64,000 nucleotides of DNA from assembly GCA_963663965.2 (NCBI GenBank), contig CAXXFK010000040.1:32001-96000 (forward strand). The letters run 5' to 3'. Made by a program: the position numbers and the translations under genes. Position 1 is the stretch's first letter. Each line of letters opens with the position of its first letter. Below, in pieces: positions 31,288 to 42,193 of this stretch. Below the pieces are notes generated by a model. It did no database searches and was not told the DNA's origin. It saw only the letters and a list, made by a program, of their open reading frames with translations. The DNA is from Sedimentisphaerales bacterium. Its GTDB lineage: Bacteria; Planctomycetota; Phycisphaerae; Sedimentisphaerales; SM23-30.

Positions 31288-32316
31288 CTATTCTTCCAGA
31301 AATTGAAATTGAACGAAGATTGGTTTGTGATCTGATGGATACACACCATTAACATTGTAATCCACCTGCTCATAGTCAAGAATGTTGACATTTCCTTTAT
31401 ATAAGATCCAATCTATACCACGCCCACCCTTGATACTGTCTTTCAATAGGTCTGGATTGTCCGAGTTACCATCTCCCACAAACGTCCTGTAAACTTCACT
31501 GCCAGGTCGTGAATTGAAATCTCCCAATAAAAACACCGGTCGGTCCTTTGTCCATTCACCAAAGCGATTGAAAGCATTAATCCTTTCCATGATTAATTTG
31601 GCACTATTCAGCTTTGCAAGATGATAACCACTTCCGGATGTAAAGAAGTGAGTATTAAAAACGTAAAACTCCTGGGTATTTTCCCAATGCCCTCTGTAAT
31701 CCTCTGGATAGGGACTGGTTTCTCCATCCGCAGAATGGTTAATAAAGGCCAGACGTGCCCACGTGACGATACGAGGATTCACCTCAGGGCCACTGCCAAG
31801 TATTTCGGGGGTTTCGGACAACTGAAAAGAACCCATTTCACGCAGACGGAATTTATCTCGCTTAAAAAAGATAGCCATATGTTCATCGTCATCGCCTCCT
31901 TTACGGCCCTCTCCTATAACCACGTAGTCAGTCAACTTATTCATCAGAAAATCGATTTGCTCCTTCAGACCTTCCTGTGTTCCAATGATGTCTGGGCCAT
32001 AGTGATTAATAAGATCCACTTGCCAATCACGACGGACTGACCAAGCGGGCTTAAACGTAGGACTGGCAAACTTCAGGTTATATGACATTATAGTGAGAGT
32101 GTGCCCTTCTGACAATAGGTTCCTGTTTGTGCTTTGTATCGTTTCCTTCTTCATTTCAGGTGCAGAAAAAATAGGATTTCTTATCACTTCGCTTGTTTGA
32201 CGACAACCACTTCCAATAGAGAGAAACGACAGATAAACCGCTAGTATTATTGTCCATTTTAATACTGACTTATTGAGCATGTAATCCATGATATTATTCC
32301 CTGATTGATTCTTCAA
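31288..32316 (-). CDS. Endonuclease/exonuclease/phosphatase family protein, probable lipoprotein
   Basis: IMSYNL, PDIIGTQE, FNTHF, LLGDFNS, IDWILY, YPSDHKPI. Confidence 0.9.
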   Translation of the reverse strand: MKNQSGNNIMDYMLNKSVLKWTIILAVYLSFLSIGSGCRQTSEVIRNPIFSAPEMKKETIQSTNRNLLSEGHTLTIMSYNLKFASPTFKPAWSVRRDWQVDLINHYGPDIIGTQEGLKEQIDFLMNKLTDYVVIGEGRKGGDDDEHMAIFFKRDKFRLREMGSFQLSETPEILGSGPEVNPRIVTWARLAFINHSADGETSPYPEDYRGHWENTQEFYVFNTHFFTSGSGYHLAKLNSAKLIMERINAFNRFGEWTKDRPVFLLGDFNSRPGSEVYRTFVGDGNSDNPDLLKDSIKGGRGIDWILYKGNVNILDYEQVDYNVNGVYPSDHKPIFVQFQFLEE

Positions 32317-32710
32317 TTTTTAATTAACTTATCCACAAATCATCACACCTGTTTTCCTACTTACCCATCTCCAATCTCTTCACCACTGTCTCCCTCAAAT
32401 GAGCATCACAATGATGCTTCATCATCTTCCTGGCTAATAGTAGCAGAAAGTATTGTCAGCATCAGCATCAACTATAATGTCTGCCCAAATGGTTGAATTT
32501 CCATCTTCCCTATTATACTTGGCTCTGACTTCATCGACAATACCCGTTTTCGCCATAGCCTACAACTTGAATCCACCCGTCTTCTCAATATCCCTGCGAG
32601 TCAGTTTCATTTCTGTTATTTTAGACTCTCTCCAAAGTAATGCACGTTCACTGGGCATTCTCCACTTAAAGAATGCGAAAATATAGCGTTTATTTTATAA
32701 TTCTCTGATT

Positions 32711-34096
32711 CTACCGAGATATCTCCTGCTTGAAATCGTCATAAAAATCCAGTAACCGTTTAAGAACTTCCGGATGCTCCTTTGCCACATCACACTGTTC
32801 TCCTGGGTCGTTCTGCAAGTCAAAAAGCATCATGGGTTCGGGGTCGTCTCCGTTGCTTAAACCAGGATAACTGCTGGGATTATACTGTTCATAGGGAGCG
32901 AGAATCGTAACGCCGTCCGGAGCCCGTTTATCAACCCAATTGTTGTCAGGGGGCAATGGTTTTCGGTCCTTTGGCTTGATCGGGTAAAGTTTCCAGTGTC
33001 CATCACGAATGCACGCTATCTCTTCATTCAGTTGACCGAAAATATAACGTATGATTAGCTCTTTCTTTTTCGGATTCTCCATTAAAGGCAGAAGATTTTG
33101 GCCGTCGATGACGCGATCCGTCGGCAACGGCTGTCCGGCAGTCGCCATGACGGTTGTAAAGAGGTCCATCATTATGGTCGGTACGTTGCAATTTCCGCCT
33201 TCGGGGATGCGGCCCGGCCAACGAGCAATCAGGGGAACGCGGTAGCCCCCCTCAAAGGTGGTCGCCTTCATCCCGCGCAATCCTCCCGTACTGCCGCCGA
33301 AGTAAGGCCCGTTGTCGCTCGTAAAAATCACCAGCGTCTGCTTATCCAGACCCAGCAACTGAAGTGTGTCCAGGATCCTTCCTGTGCTCCAGTCCAGTTC
33401 GGCGATGACGTCACCGTAAAGGCCTGCTCCCGATTTTTTGTAGAATGACTCGGATGGGGCAAGAGGCTTGTGAGGCATCGCGTGGGCCAGGTAAAGAAAG
33501 AAAGGATGATCCTTGCTTTTCTCAATGAACTCAACGGCTCTTTCGGTATAGCGTTGCGTCAACTTGGCCTGCACCACAGGATCCTCCACGACCTGCTCCC
33601 CTTCGATCAGTTGCACAGGCCTCATATCGTTGCTATAGAGAATGCCCAGATACTCATCAAAACCGCGATGGGTGGGCAGTGACTCCGGCTTCTTATGGCC
33701 AAGGTGCCACTTCCCGATCATGGCCGTCTTGTACCCCGCTTTCTTGAGAAGTTGGCCGAGTAATAACTCCGTCTGAGGGAGCGCTAAACTGTCTGATTCC
33801 GGACTTTCGTCCGGAGCAGGATTCCGGGTCATGCCGCAACGCGAGGGATAACGACCTGTGAGCAGGGAGGCGCGTGAAGGCGCACAAAAAGGCATAGCAG
33901 CATTGAACTGGGTGAATCGCACACCTTCGGCGGCCATTTGGTCCAGCCGGGGCGTTTTGAATTCCTCCTGACCATAACAGCCCAAATCCCCGTATCCCAG
34001 GTCGTCGGCCAGGATGATAATGATATTGGGAGGAGTTGCTCCCATCATCAGGGTACTTAAGAAAATACAACAGACGCAGATCATAAATTTTTTCAT
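32711..34096 (-). CDS. Sulfatase (Cys-type formylglycine, arylsulfatase-like)
   Basis: PNIIIILADDLGYGD, CAPSRASLLTGR, GKWHLG, FTSDNGP. Confidence 0.95.
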   Translation of the reverse strand: MKKFMICVCCIFLSTLMMGATPPNIIIILADDLGYGDLGCYGQEEFKTPRLDQMAAEGVRFTQFNAAMPFCAPSRASLLTGRYPSRCGMTRNPAPDESPESDSLALPQTELLLGQLLKKAGYKTAMIGKWHLGHKKPESLPTHRGFDEYLGILYSNDMRPVQLIEGEQVVEDPVVQAKLTQRYTERAVEFIEKSKDHPFFLYLAHAMPHKPLAPSESFYKKSGAGLYGDVIAELDWSTGRILDTLQLLGLDKQTLVIFTSDNGPYFGGSTGGLRGMKATTFEGGYRVPLIARWPGRIPEGGNCNVPTIMMDLFTTVMATAGQPLPTDRVIDGQNLLPLMENPKKKELIIRYIFGQLNEEIACIRDGHWKLYPIKPKDRKPLPPDNNWVDKRAPDGVTILAPYEQYNPSSYPGLSNGDDPEPMMLFDLQNDPGEQCDVAKEHPEVLKRLLDFYDDFKQEISR

Positions 34097-34153
34097 GTGA
34101 AATCCTTTCTATTAGATTGCCGGGACTCCTTTTACATCAGATTCATTTGGAAG

Positions 34154-35734
34154 CTACTTTGCTTCCCAGTGAAAGATATCGCCATCAATAATCAGTTTCA
34201 AGTCATTTCTCGGCGTAGCCGACGGACTGAATTCTTTCGGGGCTGCCTTTTGCATCAGCTTAATAATGTCCCGATTTTCATCTTTACCCGCAAGATTGTA
34301 CCATTCGTTTGGATCTTTTTTCACATTGTAAAGTTCTTCTGCGCCATCCGGATAATAAATGTACCTCCAGTTACTGTTTACCACGGCATAACCTCCCCTT
34401 TCATGATACGGGATGAAAATATCGCGTTCTTTTGCAGACGAAGGATTGTGAAGAGCTGATGCAAGAGAAACCCCTTCCAATTGCTTGTTAGGTGACAGGC
34501 CGCACAGCTCAGTCAAGGTTGGATAGATATCAATCAAGCCCACGGGGGTTTTCACTTTCTCATTTTGCACGATCCCTTTTCCCGCCCAAATGAACGGCAC
34601 CTGGGTTGTTCGCTGCCAAAGTGTATGTTTTCCCCAATGTCCCTTCTCACCATGGTGGAAGCCTTGATCGCTCCAGAAAACAACGATCGTATTGTCATTA
34701 TAAGGACTGGCCTCAAGGGTATCCAGAAGCCTTCCCAGCATGGCATCGCCAAAAGAAATGCAGGCGAGCTGACCCTGGATGGCATCTTTTAGAACACCGT
34801 ATTTTTTAAGCTCCTCATGTTGTTTTGATCTGGCGGTATAAAATTGACGAATCGACGGAGACAAATCGTCCAGGTCATCCTCTTTATCGGGAGGCAGTTC
34901 CAGTTCATCACGATTGTACATGTCAAAATACTTTTGAGGAGCATAATTAGGATAATGAGGTAAGTACATGCCTAGGGCTATGAAAAAAGGCTTGTCATGA
35001 TCTCTTTTTAGCACATCACACATCCAGTTTGTACGGATGGCATCTGCCATGTCATCTTCCTTCTCATTCGGAATGGGGCCCCACTCAAGATGCAATGCAG
35101 CTTCTCCTGCCTTATAGTGATTTTTAGCATAAGGGCTGTAAGGATACGGTTCCGGAAGTGGCACATCGCTCTGATGGTAGCTATTCATTTCATACCCCAT
35201 ATCTTTTACTTCCTGGCTTCGTGCAAAATATTCATCCCAGCCACGGAGGTCCAGATATCCTGATCTGTGGTGGTATATTTTCCCGGCCCCGTAGGTATTG
35301 TAACCCGCCTGTTGAAAGGCTATTTGAAGTGTAACCAAGTCAGGGTGATCATAGAAAAACACTTCATTGGTATAACAGCCTGTGGTTGAGGCGTGCATTC
35401 CGGTAAGTATCGCTGTTCTGGAGGGTGCACAAAATACGCCGGGTGCATGAGCATTCATGAATGTCACTCCTCTTTGAGCCAGTTTATCCAAGTTGGGGGT
35501 CACTGCTTGCTGGCATCCCAACGGCCCCGCCCAGTCACAAAGATCATCCATAACGAAAAAGATCACATTAGGAGGGTTGGCCACAGATACGAACGTGGTG
35601 TCCGACTTCGTCTCAGCGGCAACGAATGGACCAAAAGATAGACAGAAAGCAATAAAACTTAGAGCCATTTGATTTTCGATCTTCATAATTAGCAGCTCCT
35701 GATTATTTATAGTTTTTAATCTGACATTTCCCAT
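34154..35734 (-). CDS. Sulfatase (iduronate/choline-sulfatase-like)
   Basis: PNVIFFVMDDL, CAPSRTAILTG, GKIYH, FWSDQGFHHGEKGHWGK. Confidence 0.93.
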   Translation of the reverse strand: MGNVRLKTINNQELLIMKIENQMALSFIAFCLSFGPFVAAETKSDTTFVSVANPPNVIFFVMDDLCDWAGPLGCQQAVTPNLDKLAQRGVTFMNAHAPGVFCAPSRTAILTGMHASTTGCYTNEVFFYDHPDLVTLQIAFQQAGYNTYGAGKIYHHRSGYLDLRGWDEYFARSQEVKDMGYEMNSYHQSDVPLPEPYPYSPYAKNHYKAGEAALHLEWGPIPNEKEDDMADAIRTNWMCDVLKRDHDKPFFIALGMYLPHYPNYAPQKYFDMYNRDELELPPDKEDDLDDLSPSIRQFYTARSKQHEELKKYGVLKDAIQGQLACISFGDAMLGRLLDTLEASPYNDNTIVVFWSDQGFHHGEKGHWGKHTLWQRTTQVPFIWAGKGIVQNEKVKTPVGLIDIYPTLTELCGLSPNKQLEGVSLASALHNPSSAKERDIFIPYHERGGYAVVNSNWRYIYYPDGAEELYNVKKDPNEWYNLAGKDENRDIIKLMQKAAPKEFSPSATPRNDLKLIIDGDIFHWEAK

Positions 35735-35797
35735 TTAACCGCTTAAAGAACATAATTTTCTCCTAACAACATCAATATTTTATAAAATTTACTATAG

Positions 35798-36244
35798 GTA
35801 AACTTTCGCACATTTTGTAATCGTTTAAACGGCTTTAGCCAGGTTTTCTATTAAGAACTCGAAATTTTTATCATGAACGGCAGTACTTCCGAACATGCAT
35901 TTGATTCGTACGCGCCAAAGCTGCCAGCGGGCATCGGGAAAGAATCGATGAAAGGCGTCGCGAGCATGATGACCAGCCGGATCGGCATAGGGCAAGATCC
36001 CCGTGACGGTGCGTCGCACGGTACAGAGAATCCACCCGCTGATCAATTGGGTAAAGATGACGCCGCCAGGCTGCGTAAAAAGAACCAGAAAGGGCTGGAT
36101 CAGAGACATCCATGTCGTTATATTGGTAACCATACCAACCTCCTTGTCGTATATGGCTGTAGTTTACCAATACAATCATCGGGCGGTTGGTATTTTTATG
36201 TTCATAAATCATGATTTTGGCACTAAAAAAGTGCGAAAGTTTAC
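35798..36244 (-). mobile_element. Internally deleted IS701-like element (MITE-like, 447 bp)
   Basis: 14-bp TIRs GTAAACTTTCGCAC / GTGCGAAAGTTTAC enclosing a 102-aa ORF (GWILCTVRRTVTGIL...AFHRFF...W) resembling a transposase N-terminus fused to its C-terminus. Confidence 0.8.
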
Positions 36245-36260
36245 TCATGTTAATGATATA

Positions 36261-37736
36261 CTATTTGAGAATGATATTATCGACATTGTCTTCTATGCGA
36301 ACATGGGGCGAGTCTATGCTCAATGGCTCACCAAACCTGGTTATATTTTCAAAGGTTACATTCGAAACGCCATAATTCTCACCCTGGCCTTTTATCCAGA
36401 TTTCGTACCTTCCCTGATCATCCTTGCCGTCAAGGCTCACATTTTTGAAGTCCATTCCATTAATTCTGCCGGGCACTTTATTTTTCATATACTGATTGAC
36501 CACCGGATGGAGACGAATGAAATCGCTGAATTCCCGCCAGTATTCTGCGTTACATCGAACATTTTCAATAAGCACCTTCTCAATGGTCATCTCTTCGCCC
36601 GGTTCAATCAAAAACGGCGTCATAGTAAAATGCAGGATGTCCAGGTCGCGAATAATGATGTTACGCATGTATTGGGCGCGGCTTTCATGACCCAGTAGAA
36701 AAATGCGAGCCCTGTCGCACCACAGCACACAGTCTTCAACCAGAATATTTTCAACATTTCCCTGGTCGGCGTTCAATCCTTTCATTGCGATACAATCATC
36801 GTCGGTCCGGATAAAACAGTTGCGAATCGTCACATTCCGTGAGTTGACCGGGTTAATCCCATCGTCGTTAGGACACTTACTGCCACAGATTTTTACATTC
36901 TCGATCCAGACATCATCACAATTTCTCGGCACAATGGTCCATGACCAACTGCCCCGAAGGATGATATCTCGAACAATAACATTTTTGGCATTCCGCATTC
37001 CGATCATATTTCCCGGCCCCTTACGCCATGGCCAGTCGGTTCCGCAAAGAATGCCCCGGCCGCAAATAGTCGCATGATTTCCGGTAACCTCAACTCCCGC
37101 CTGAACGACGGAGCCGCCCGCGAGATAAAGGGTTTGACCCGAACCAACACGAATCTTATCTGGCTTATGTATGCCCGGACCGAAATAAATCACATTTGGA
37201 TCATCCTTAGCCGGAGGACCGGCCGGAGGTGCATTCGCAAACAGCAGCAGGGGATTGAATCGGCCTTCCGGTTCGATCGAGAGCTGGCAGGGTTTGTTTA
37301 GCTGAAATTGTATGCTGTTATTCTCAATCGTATATTGCAAACCGGCTGATTCTGGACGAATCACCAGATGATTCAGCGGCGTCTTCAGCGAACGCACCGT
37401 GACGGTAACCGATCCGGAAAAATCAAAGGACGCAAACGCGTACGCTTCACCCAGGGTTCCCGGCTGCACCATCCACGTCTCCAGTTTGTCAGAGGCAACA
37501 TTGGTCACCGGCGCCAGGTACACATCGACATTCTTTCCATCCACTTCGACACGATAGCGTTTGGAAAGCGATTCCTGCGCGGGGGCCGGATAGGTAAAAA
37601 CCTCCGCCTCGGCACTATGAATCCACATGCTGCCGAGCAAAAGAAGCATCCAGAGACGCATTATTTTTATCCGGCAGGGGCTGTTATCCGCCAGAAGACT
37701 CATCGGATTTATTTCGTGTCGTTCAATCGGTATCAT
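36261..37736 (-). CDS. GH28-related pectin-lyase-fold glycoside hydrolase
   Basis: IYFGPGIH, LYLAGGS, NDDGIN...FIRTDDDCIAMK. Confidence 0.85.
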   Translation of the reverse strand: MIPIERHEINPMSLLADNSPCRIKIMRLWMLLLLGSMWIHSAEAEVFTYPAPAQESLSKRYRVEVDGKNVDVYLAPVTNVASDKLETWMVQPGTLGEAYAFASFDFSGSVTVTVRSLKTPLNHLVIRPESAGLQYTIENNSIQFQLNKPCQLSIEPEGRFNPLLLFANAPPAGPPAKDDPNVIYFGPGIHKPDKIRVGSGQTLYLAGGSVVQAGVEVTGNHATICGRGILCGTDWPWRKGPGNMIGMRNAKNVIVRDIILRGSWSWTIVPRNCDDVWIENVKICGSKCPNDDGINPVNSRNVTIRNCFIRTDDDCIAMKGLNADQGNVENILVEDCVLWCDRARIFLLGHESRAQYMRNIIIRDLDILHFTMTPFLIEPGEEMTIEKVLIENVRCNAEYWREFSDFIRLHPVVNQYMKNKVPGRINGMDFKNVSLDGKDDQGRYEIWIKGQGENYGVSNVTFENITRFGEPLSIDSPHVRIEDNVDNIILK

Positions 37737-37756
37737 TTTGGTTTACCTTCAATCTG

Positions 37757-39376
37757 TTAGTTGCGGCCTTTTGTTACTTTAATCAGTACGCAGTCATCGG
37801 GGTTCACCGTCACGGCATAGCCGCCAAAAAACTCACCCAAATCTTTTCGTTCCCATAGGTCTCTGATACGGCAATTTCCCGAAAGTCCAAGATCGACAAA
37901 CGAGAAGGCAAGTTCCCTGGTCTCCTCGTCGGCAAAATTGTACAGGGCAACAGCATAAGACCCGTCCGAGAGTTTCTTGCTCCAGATTTCGCACTCATGG
38001 TACTGGCCGTCATACATTCCTTCTCTCCAATTCAGGCGGGTCATCTTACCGTAAGAGTTGATACGACGGGCCTGGTACCCCTGCACATCCTGGTTAACTG
38101 CCAGCACTTCTTCATTTTTCAGCCAGTTCAGCACTTCAGCTTCTAATAGGCTGATATCGCAGCCCAACAGTAATGGGGCCGCACAAATGCTCCATTGTGT
38201 CAGATGCACCTTTTGTTCATTGAGCGTTAAACGTGTCTTTCGTGTCTCTCCGCTAAATCCAACATTTCCAACCACCAACATATCAGGATCTGCCCAGTGC
38301 CCCGGTCCGACGTAGGGCGCCCACCGGTCTGCGGTAGCAAAACCGCATTGCAAAATCGTATGTTCCCAAACTTTAGGGTTTTCTATATATTTGAAATAAT
38401 CCCTGATATCCCCGGTTGTCCGCCAAACCTGAGCTAAACGCGCCCATTCACAGGCCAGCTCAAATGGGGCGGAATTTGACAAAGAAAAAACAATATCTCT
38501 GCCGCTATTTCTAAGGGCATCACTCATTTTTTGCGTATGATCAACATCAATCGGATACCAATCATACTTGAGATAGTCAAAACCCCACTCTGCAAACTGT
38601 AAGGCATCCTGAATGTGATATTCATATTTCCCGTATTTGCCGGCATCGTAACGAGGATCCGACTTATCGAATACTTTGCCGTCTGCTGTATCGGCTGATC
38701 CTCCGGTGTACCCTGCATAGCTTTTTTTCCATGGGGTAGAATAAATACCGATCTTTAAACCAAGGCTGTGCACATAATCGCACATTCCTTTCATATCGGA
38801 AAATTTTTCATTGGCAAGCAAGGTTAATGTAGTGGGGTCACGATCTCCCTGCCATCCGTCGTCGATATTGATATAGCTATAGCCATAGTTTATAAGTCCT
38901 TTGTCCACCATGGCCTTAGCCATTTTACGAACTTTTTCTTCAGAGATTTTCTTGCCGCAATAATTCCAGGAACTCCAACCCATAGGCGGTGTAAGTGCTA
39001 TTCCTTCACCGCAGACGATCTCCATATCGCATTCTTTTTCTTGTCCGTCACTGCCCGCCGCTGTGACTTTTATGATGTAACTTCCAATCTTATCCAGTTT
39101 GCCGGTCAGCACTTTCTTTTCGGGATCATATGAAAGTCCTTCCGGCAGAGTTCTGACTGATAGTTTATCGAGATCTCCGCTGACAGCGATGTACTGATGC
39201 AGCGGATGATGCGGCCTTACTCCAACCCGTTTGGGAAAATTAAAACAGATTGGTTGATGCGCAGAGACCGCTGCATCTTTTTTATTAGTTGATGCTTTTT
39301 CTGCATTTGCCGAAACAGGCAAACAATACGCAGCAGATAGAATGAATAACAATTGAGCAGCAGTGTTCAAACGCAT
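37757..39376 (-). CDS. GH27 alpha-galactosidase-like enzyme with N-terminal Ig-like domain
   Basis: ALTPPMGWSSWN, YINIDDGWQG, WGFDYLKYDW, WRTTGDI, WADPDMLVVG. Confidence 0.93.
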   Translation of the reverse strand: MRLNTAAQLLFILSAAYCLPVSANAEKASTNKKDAAVSAHQPICFNFPKRVGVRPHHPLHQYIAVSGDLDKLSVRTLPEGLSYDPEKKVLTGKLDKIGSYIIKVTAAGSDGQEKECDMEIVCGEGIALTPPMGWSSWNYCGKKISEEKVRKMAKAMVDKGLINYGYSYINIDDGWQGDRDPTTLTLLANEKFSDMKGMCDYVHSLGLKIGIYSTPWKKSYAGYTGGSADTADGKVFDKSDPRYDAGKYGKYEYHIQDALQFAEWGFDYLKYDWYPIDVDHTQKMSDALRNSGRDIVFSLSNSAPFELACEWARLAQVWRTTGDIRDYFKYIENPKVWEHTILQCGFATADRWAPYVGPGHWADPDMLVVGNVGFSGETRKTRLTLNEQKVHLTQWSICAAPLLLGCDISLLEAEVLNWLKNEEVLAVNQDVQGYQARRINSYGKMTRLNWREGMYDGQYHECEIWSKKLSDGSYAVALYNFADEETRELAFSFVDLGLSGNCRIRDLWERKDLGEFFGGYAVTVNPDDCVLIKVTKGRN

Positions 39377-39379
39377 AAG

Positions 39380-39607
39380 TCATTGTCTCCAAATAGGGTT
39401 CAAGTTTATATTATGCAAAGTCATTTCCATCCACTTCGATAGCGATTCCTGCGCTGGGGCCGGATATGTGATGACCTTCGCCCTGGCAATATGAATCCAT
39501 ATGCTACCGAGCCAAAGAAGCATCCAGAAACGCATGGTTTTTACTCGACAGGGGCTGTTATCCGCCAGAAGACTCATCGGATTTATTTCGTATCGTTCAA
39601 TCGGCAT
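39380..39607 (-). pseudogene. Truncated duplicate of the 5' end of the GH28-like gene
   Basis: MPIERYEINPMSLLADNSPCR...TYPAPAQESLSK matches the first ~58 aa of 36261-37736. Confidence 0.85.
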
Positions 39608-39655
39608 CGTTTAAGTTTGCCTCAAATCTTTCATTTATACGGCTTACTGGTACCC

Positions 39656-42193
39656 TTACTTTGTTTCCGCAAGCCAATCGTTTACGATGTCAAGCAGGTT
39701 AGAAAACCGATATGCGTTTAGCCAACCACTCGACAATATGCCCATGTCCGGAAGGTCTACGCGATTGTCCAAAGTCAAGTCGCCCGGATACAATGGAGCC
39801 GATTGTTCATGACTGTTACCCGATTCATTGTTGTTGTTATCGACGGCTGTCACCACATAGTAATAGATTTTTCCCGGTACCGCGGTTGAATCGGTGTAGT
39901 TAGTCGTCCCTGCATTGGTACTGCCGATCACAGCATATCCGCTGCCGCTGACAGTCGACCGCTTGATGTTATAGTGGTCAAGATCGCCCGCGTCGTTGGC
40001 ATCCCAACTCAGCTCAACGGCTCCTCCTTGTGCGCCGGCGACAAGGCTGGTCGGAGCCGTCGGAGGCGTCGTGTCCGGCGAAAATTCAATTAAAGGATTC
40101 CACTGGGTATAATCATAGTTTCCATTGCCATTATCATTAATATGGAAACATATCCGATCACCAGCGCTGACTGCAATGTTGGCTACTCCTGCGGGGGCAA
40201 CTTCAGTATCGGGCGCAACCGTGTCACTCCATAAAAGGCTGGAGTTTTTGTAAATTAGGGCCACTACCCCATTGCCTGCGGTTAGACCGGTTTTAGAGAC
40301 AGACCCGGTAATGTGGTTTATCACACCGGATTGAGGCGCTTCCCAAACGCGCACCGTGTCTATGCCCGGGCCGGGATGGCAGGCATTGGAGAAGATTTGT
40401 AAATAGGTTGTAGATCCTTGCCATCTATTATGGGCAGCATCCCAGACCATATCCGTGTAGGTGTTTCCATTATATTCCTGATAGAACCAGTTGTTGCCTC
40501 CCTGAACGCCGGAAAAATCAACCGAGGCCTGAAATATTACGGGCGCCGGCCCACTAACATCTTCGCAGTTCTCAAGAAGGATCGTGTCATACACGTTGCC
40601 ATCCAGGATCAATCCCTTTGTTGAGGTGACCCGGATGTGAGGATTACCGACATTCGTAATCGTGTTATTCCTGAGGACGATGTTTCCATGGGCCCCTGCC
40701 GGCGCAAGCCCGCCTGCCCCGGGGGTGGCGTAGATCGCGATGCCATCGCCAACACAGTTTTTGATACTATTGTCGCTGAATGTTACATTCCAGGAACTGC
40801 CGGACTCCAGCCACCAGAATTCCGGTGAACACTTGATAGCCTCATCCCAACAGCCCTCGATCACATTCCCCTGTACAATGCCGTTACTGGCCTTGATCAG
40901 AATCCCTCGAGACCGGTTAAAGCCGAAGTCGCAGTTGATCACCTTAAATCCGTTGCCCATGCGGTTAGCGGCCGCAATCAGGCTGCCCATGGGCAGATCA
41001 ATGGCGCGATCAATCTCGATCTCATAGGCATTGCCTATATTACCCTCTTTGTAGGTGGCGTGCATACTCTGATGGGAGAGGAAATCGAGTTCCTCCGCCG
41101 TCGCTCCACCCATTGGGCCTGATACCCGTACCGCCACGGCATCAGGCAGGCGCAAACCGGTGTAGGACCATAGCTCGATGGGATCACCCGGCTGGATGTT
41201 CATACTGCTGCCTTTTGCCAGAACTCGAAGGGTCTGGCCGTTGCACGCCATAATCATATGGTACTCACCACAGATGTTGACGCAATCATCCCCCTGGAAC
41301 CTGGCCGTGCATCCTTCAATGGTGGGCCCGACAATGGCATGTTTTGAATGGAAGGCGTCTGCATCGAGAGAGCGGATGCGCGGATCCTCGCGCACTTTCA
41401 GGTCGGTCGCCGCCGGTCGCCGGTCGATTTTGCAGCGGAGGTAGTGCGTACTGTTGCAATTGGTCTCGAAAAAACCGAAGCAGTTCGAGCCATAGAGGGT
41501 GATATCCTGAAGAGTAACACCTTCTGAATCTTTTATCTGGATCCCATGCGGGATACTGCCGCCGGGGGCATATTGATAGTTGATGACGATGATGTCGCCG
41601 ACCTTTTCCCCTTTATAGGCACCTTCACGGGTGACCCTGATGTGTCTGGAGTCTATCTTTTCATGGGAGAATGTGAAGTAAGAGCCCCAGCGCAATGTGC
41701 GGGTCGCGGAATCAAATATCTCATACTTGGAATCTATGACGCCTTGCGAACCCGGATAACCGTCGAACAACTCGATCTCGTGGATGGTATTGTTTGCCGA
41801 CATGCTCTTGATGACCCCTTGCGTGTAGGGCAGCGGATCATAGTCGATCGTTAATCCCTGAATGGTCAGGTTCGTGCAGTTATCGATAAGAATCGCCTGA
41901 GTCGTTTCGGTACAGACCATTTCCACGCCGTCGGCAACAATCGTCACATCGTTGAGGTTCTGAAACAGCAAGTGTTTGCGACTTCTCGGGGCAACATAGT
42001 AGCGTCCTGGAGCAATTGTCACGATACGGTATCCCTGGGCCAGTTGATCGTCAATCATTTTCTGCAGGTTCGTAATCTGATCGGCCGCCTGCGCGGCAAT
42101 CGGAACCATCATGGTAACAAAGAACAACAATACCACAATGGAAACGAGTCTTAACGTTTTATTGAGTACCATACTTTTAGCTGACTTTCGCAT
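39656..42193 (-). CDS. Secreted beta-helix (GH110-like) protein with FN3 domain and dockerin-like tail
   Basis: TIDYDPLPYTQG, SLDADAFHS, QGDDCVNICG, RSRGILIK; DTTPPTAPTSL...YYYVVTAVD; GDLTLDNRVDLPD...WL. Confidence 0.8.
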   Translation of the reverse strand: MRKSAKSMVLNKTLRLVSIVVLLFFVTMMVPIAAQAADQITNLQKMIDDQLAQGYRIVTIAPGRYYVAPRSRKHLLFQNLNDVTIVADGVEMVCTETTQAILIDNCTNLTIQGLTIDYDPLPYTQGVIKSMSANNTIHEIELFDGYPGSQGVIDSKYEIFDSATRTLRWGSYFTFSHEKIDSRHIRVTREGAYKGEKVGDIIVINYQYAPGGSIPHGIQIKDSEGVTLQDITLYGSNCFGFFETNCNSTHYLRCKIDRRPAATDLKVREDPRIRSLDADAFHSKHAIVGPTIEGCTARFQGDDCVNICGEYHMIMACNGQTLRVLAKGSSMNIQPGDPIELWSYTGLRLPDAVAVRVSGPMGGATAEELDFLSHQSMHATYKEGNIGNAYEIEIDRAIDLPMGSLIAAANRMGNGFKVINCDFGFNRSRGILIKASNGIVQGNVIEGCWDEAIKCSPEFWWLESGSSWNVTFSDNSIKNCVGDGIAIYATPGAGGLAPAGAHGNIVLRNNTITNVGNPHIRVTSTKGLILDGNVYDTILLENCEDVSGPAPVIFQASVDFSGVQGGNNWFYQEYNGNTYTDMVWDAAHNRWQGSTTYLQIFSNACHPGPGIDTVRVWEAPQSGVINHITGSVSKTGLTAGNGVVALIYKNSSLLWSDTVAPDTEVAPAGVANIAVSAGDRICFHINDNGNGNYDYTQWNPLIEFSPDTTPPTAPTSLVAGAQGGAVELSWDANDAGDLDHYNIKRSTVSGSGYAVIGSTNAGTTNYTDSTAVPGKIYYYVVTAVDNNNNESGNSHEQSAPLYPGDLTLDNRVDLPDMGILSSGWLNAYRFSNLLDIVNDWLAETK

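Noticed and set aside
32329..32337. DnaA box TTATCCACA as a replication origin
   Set aside because: A single box with no cluster or origin-associated genes.
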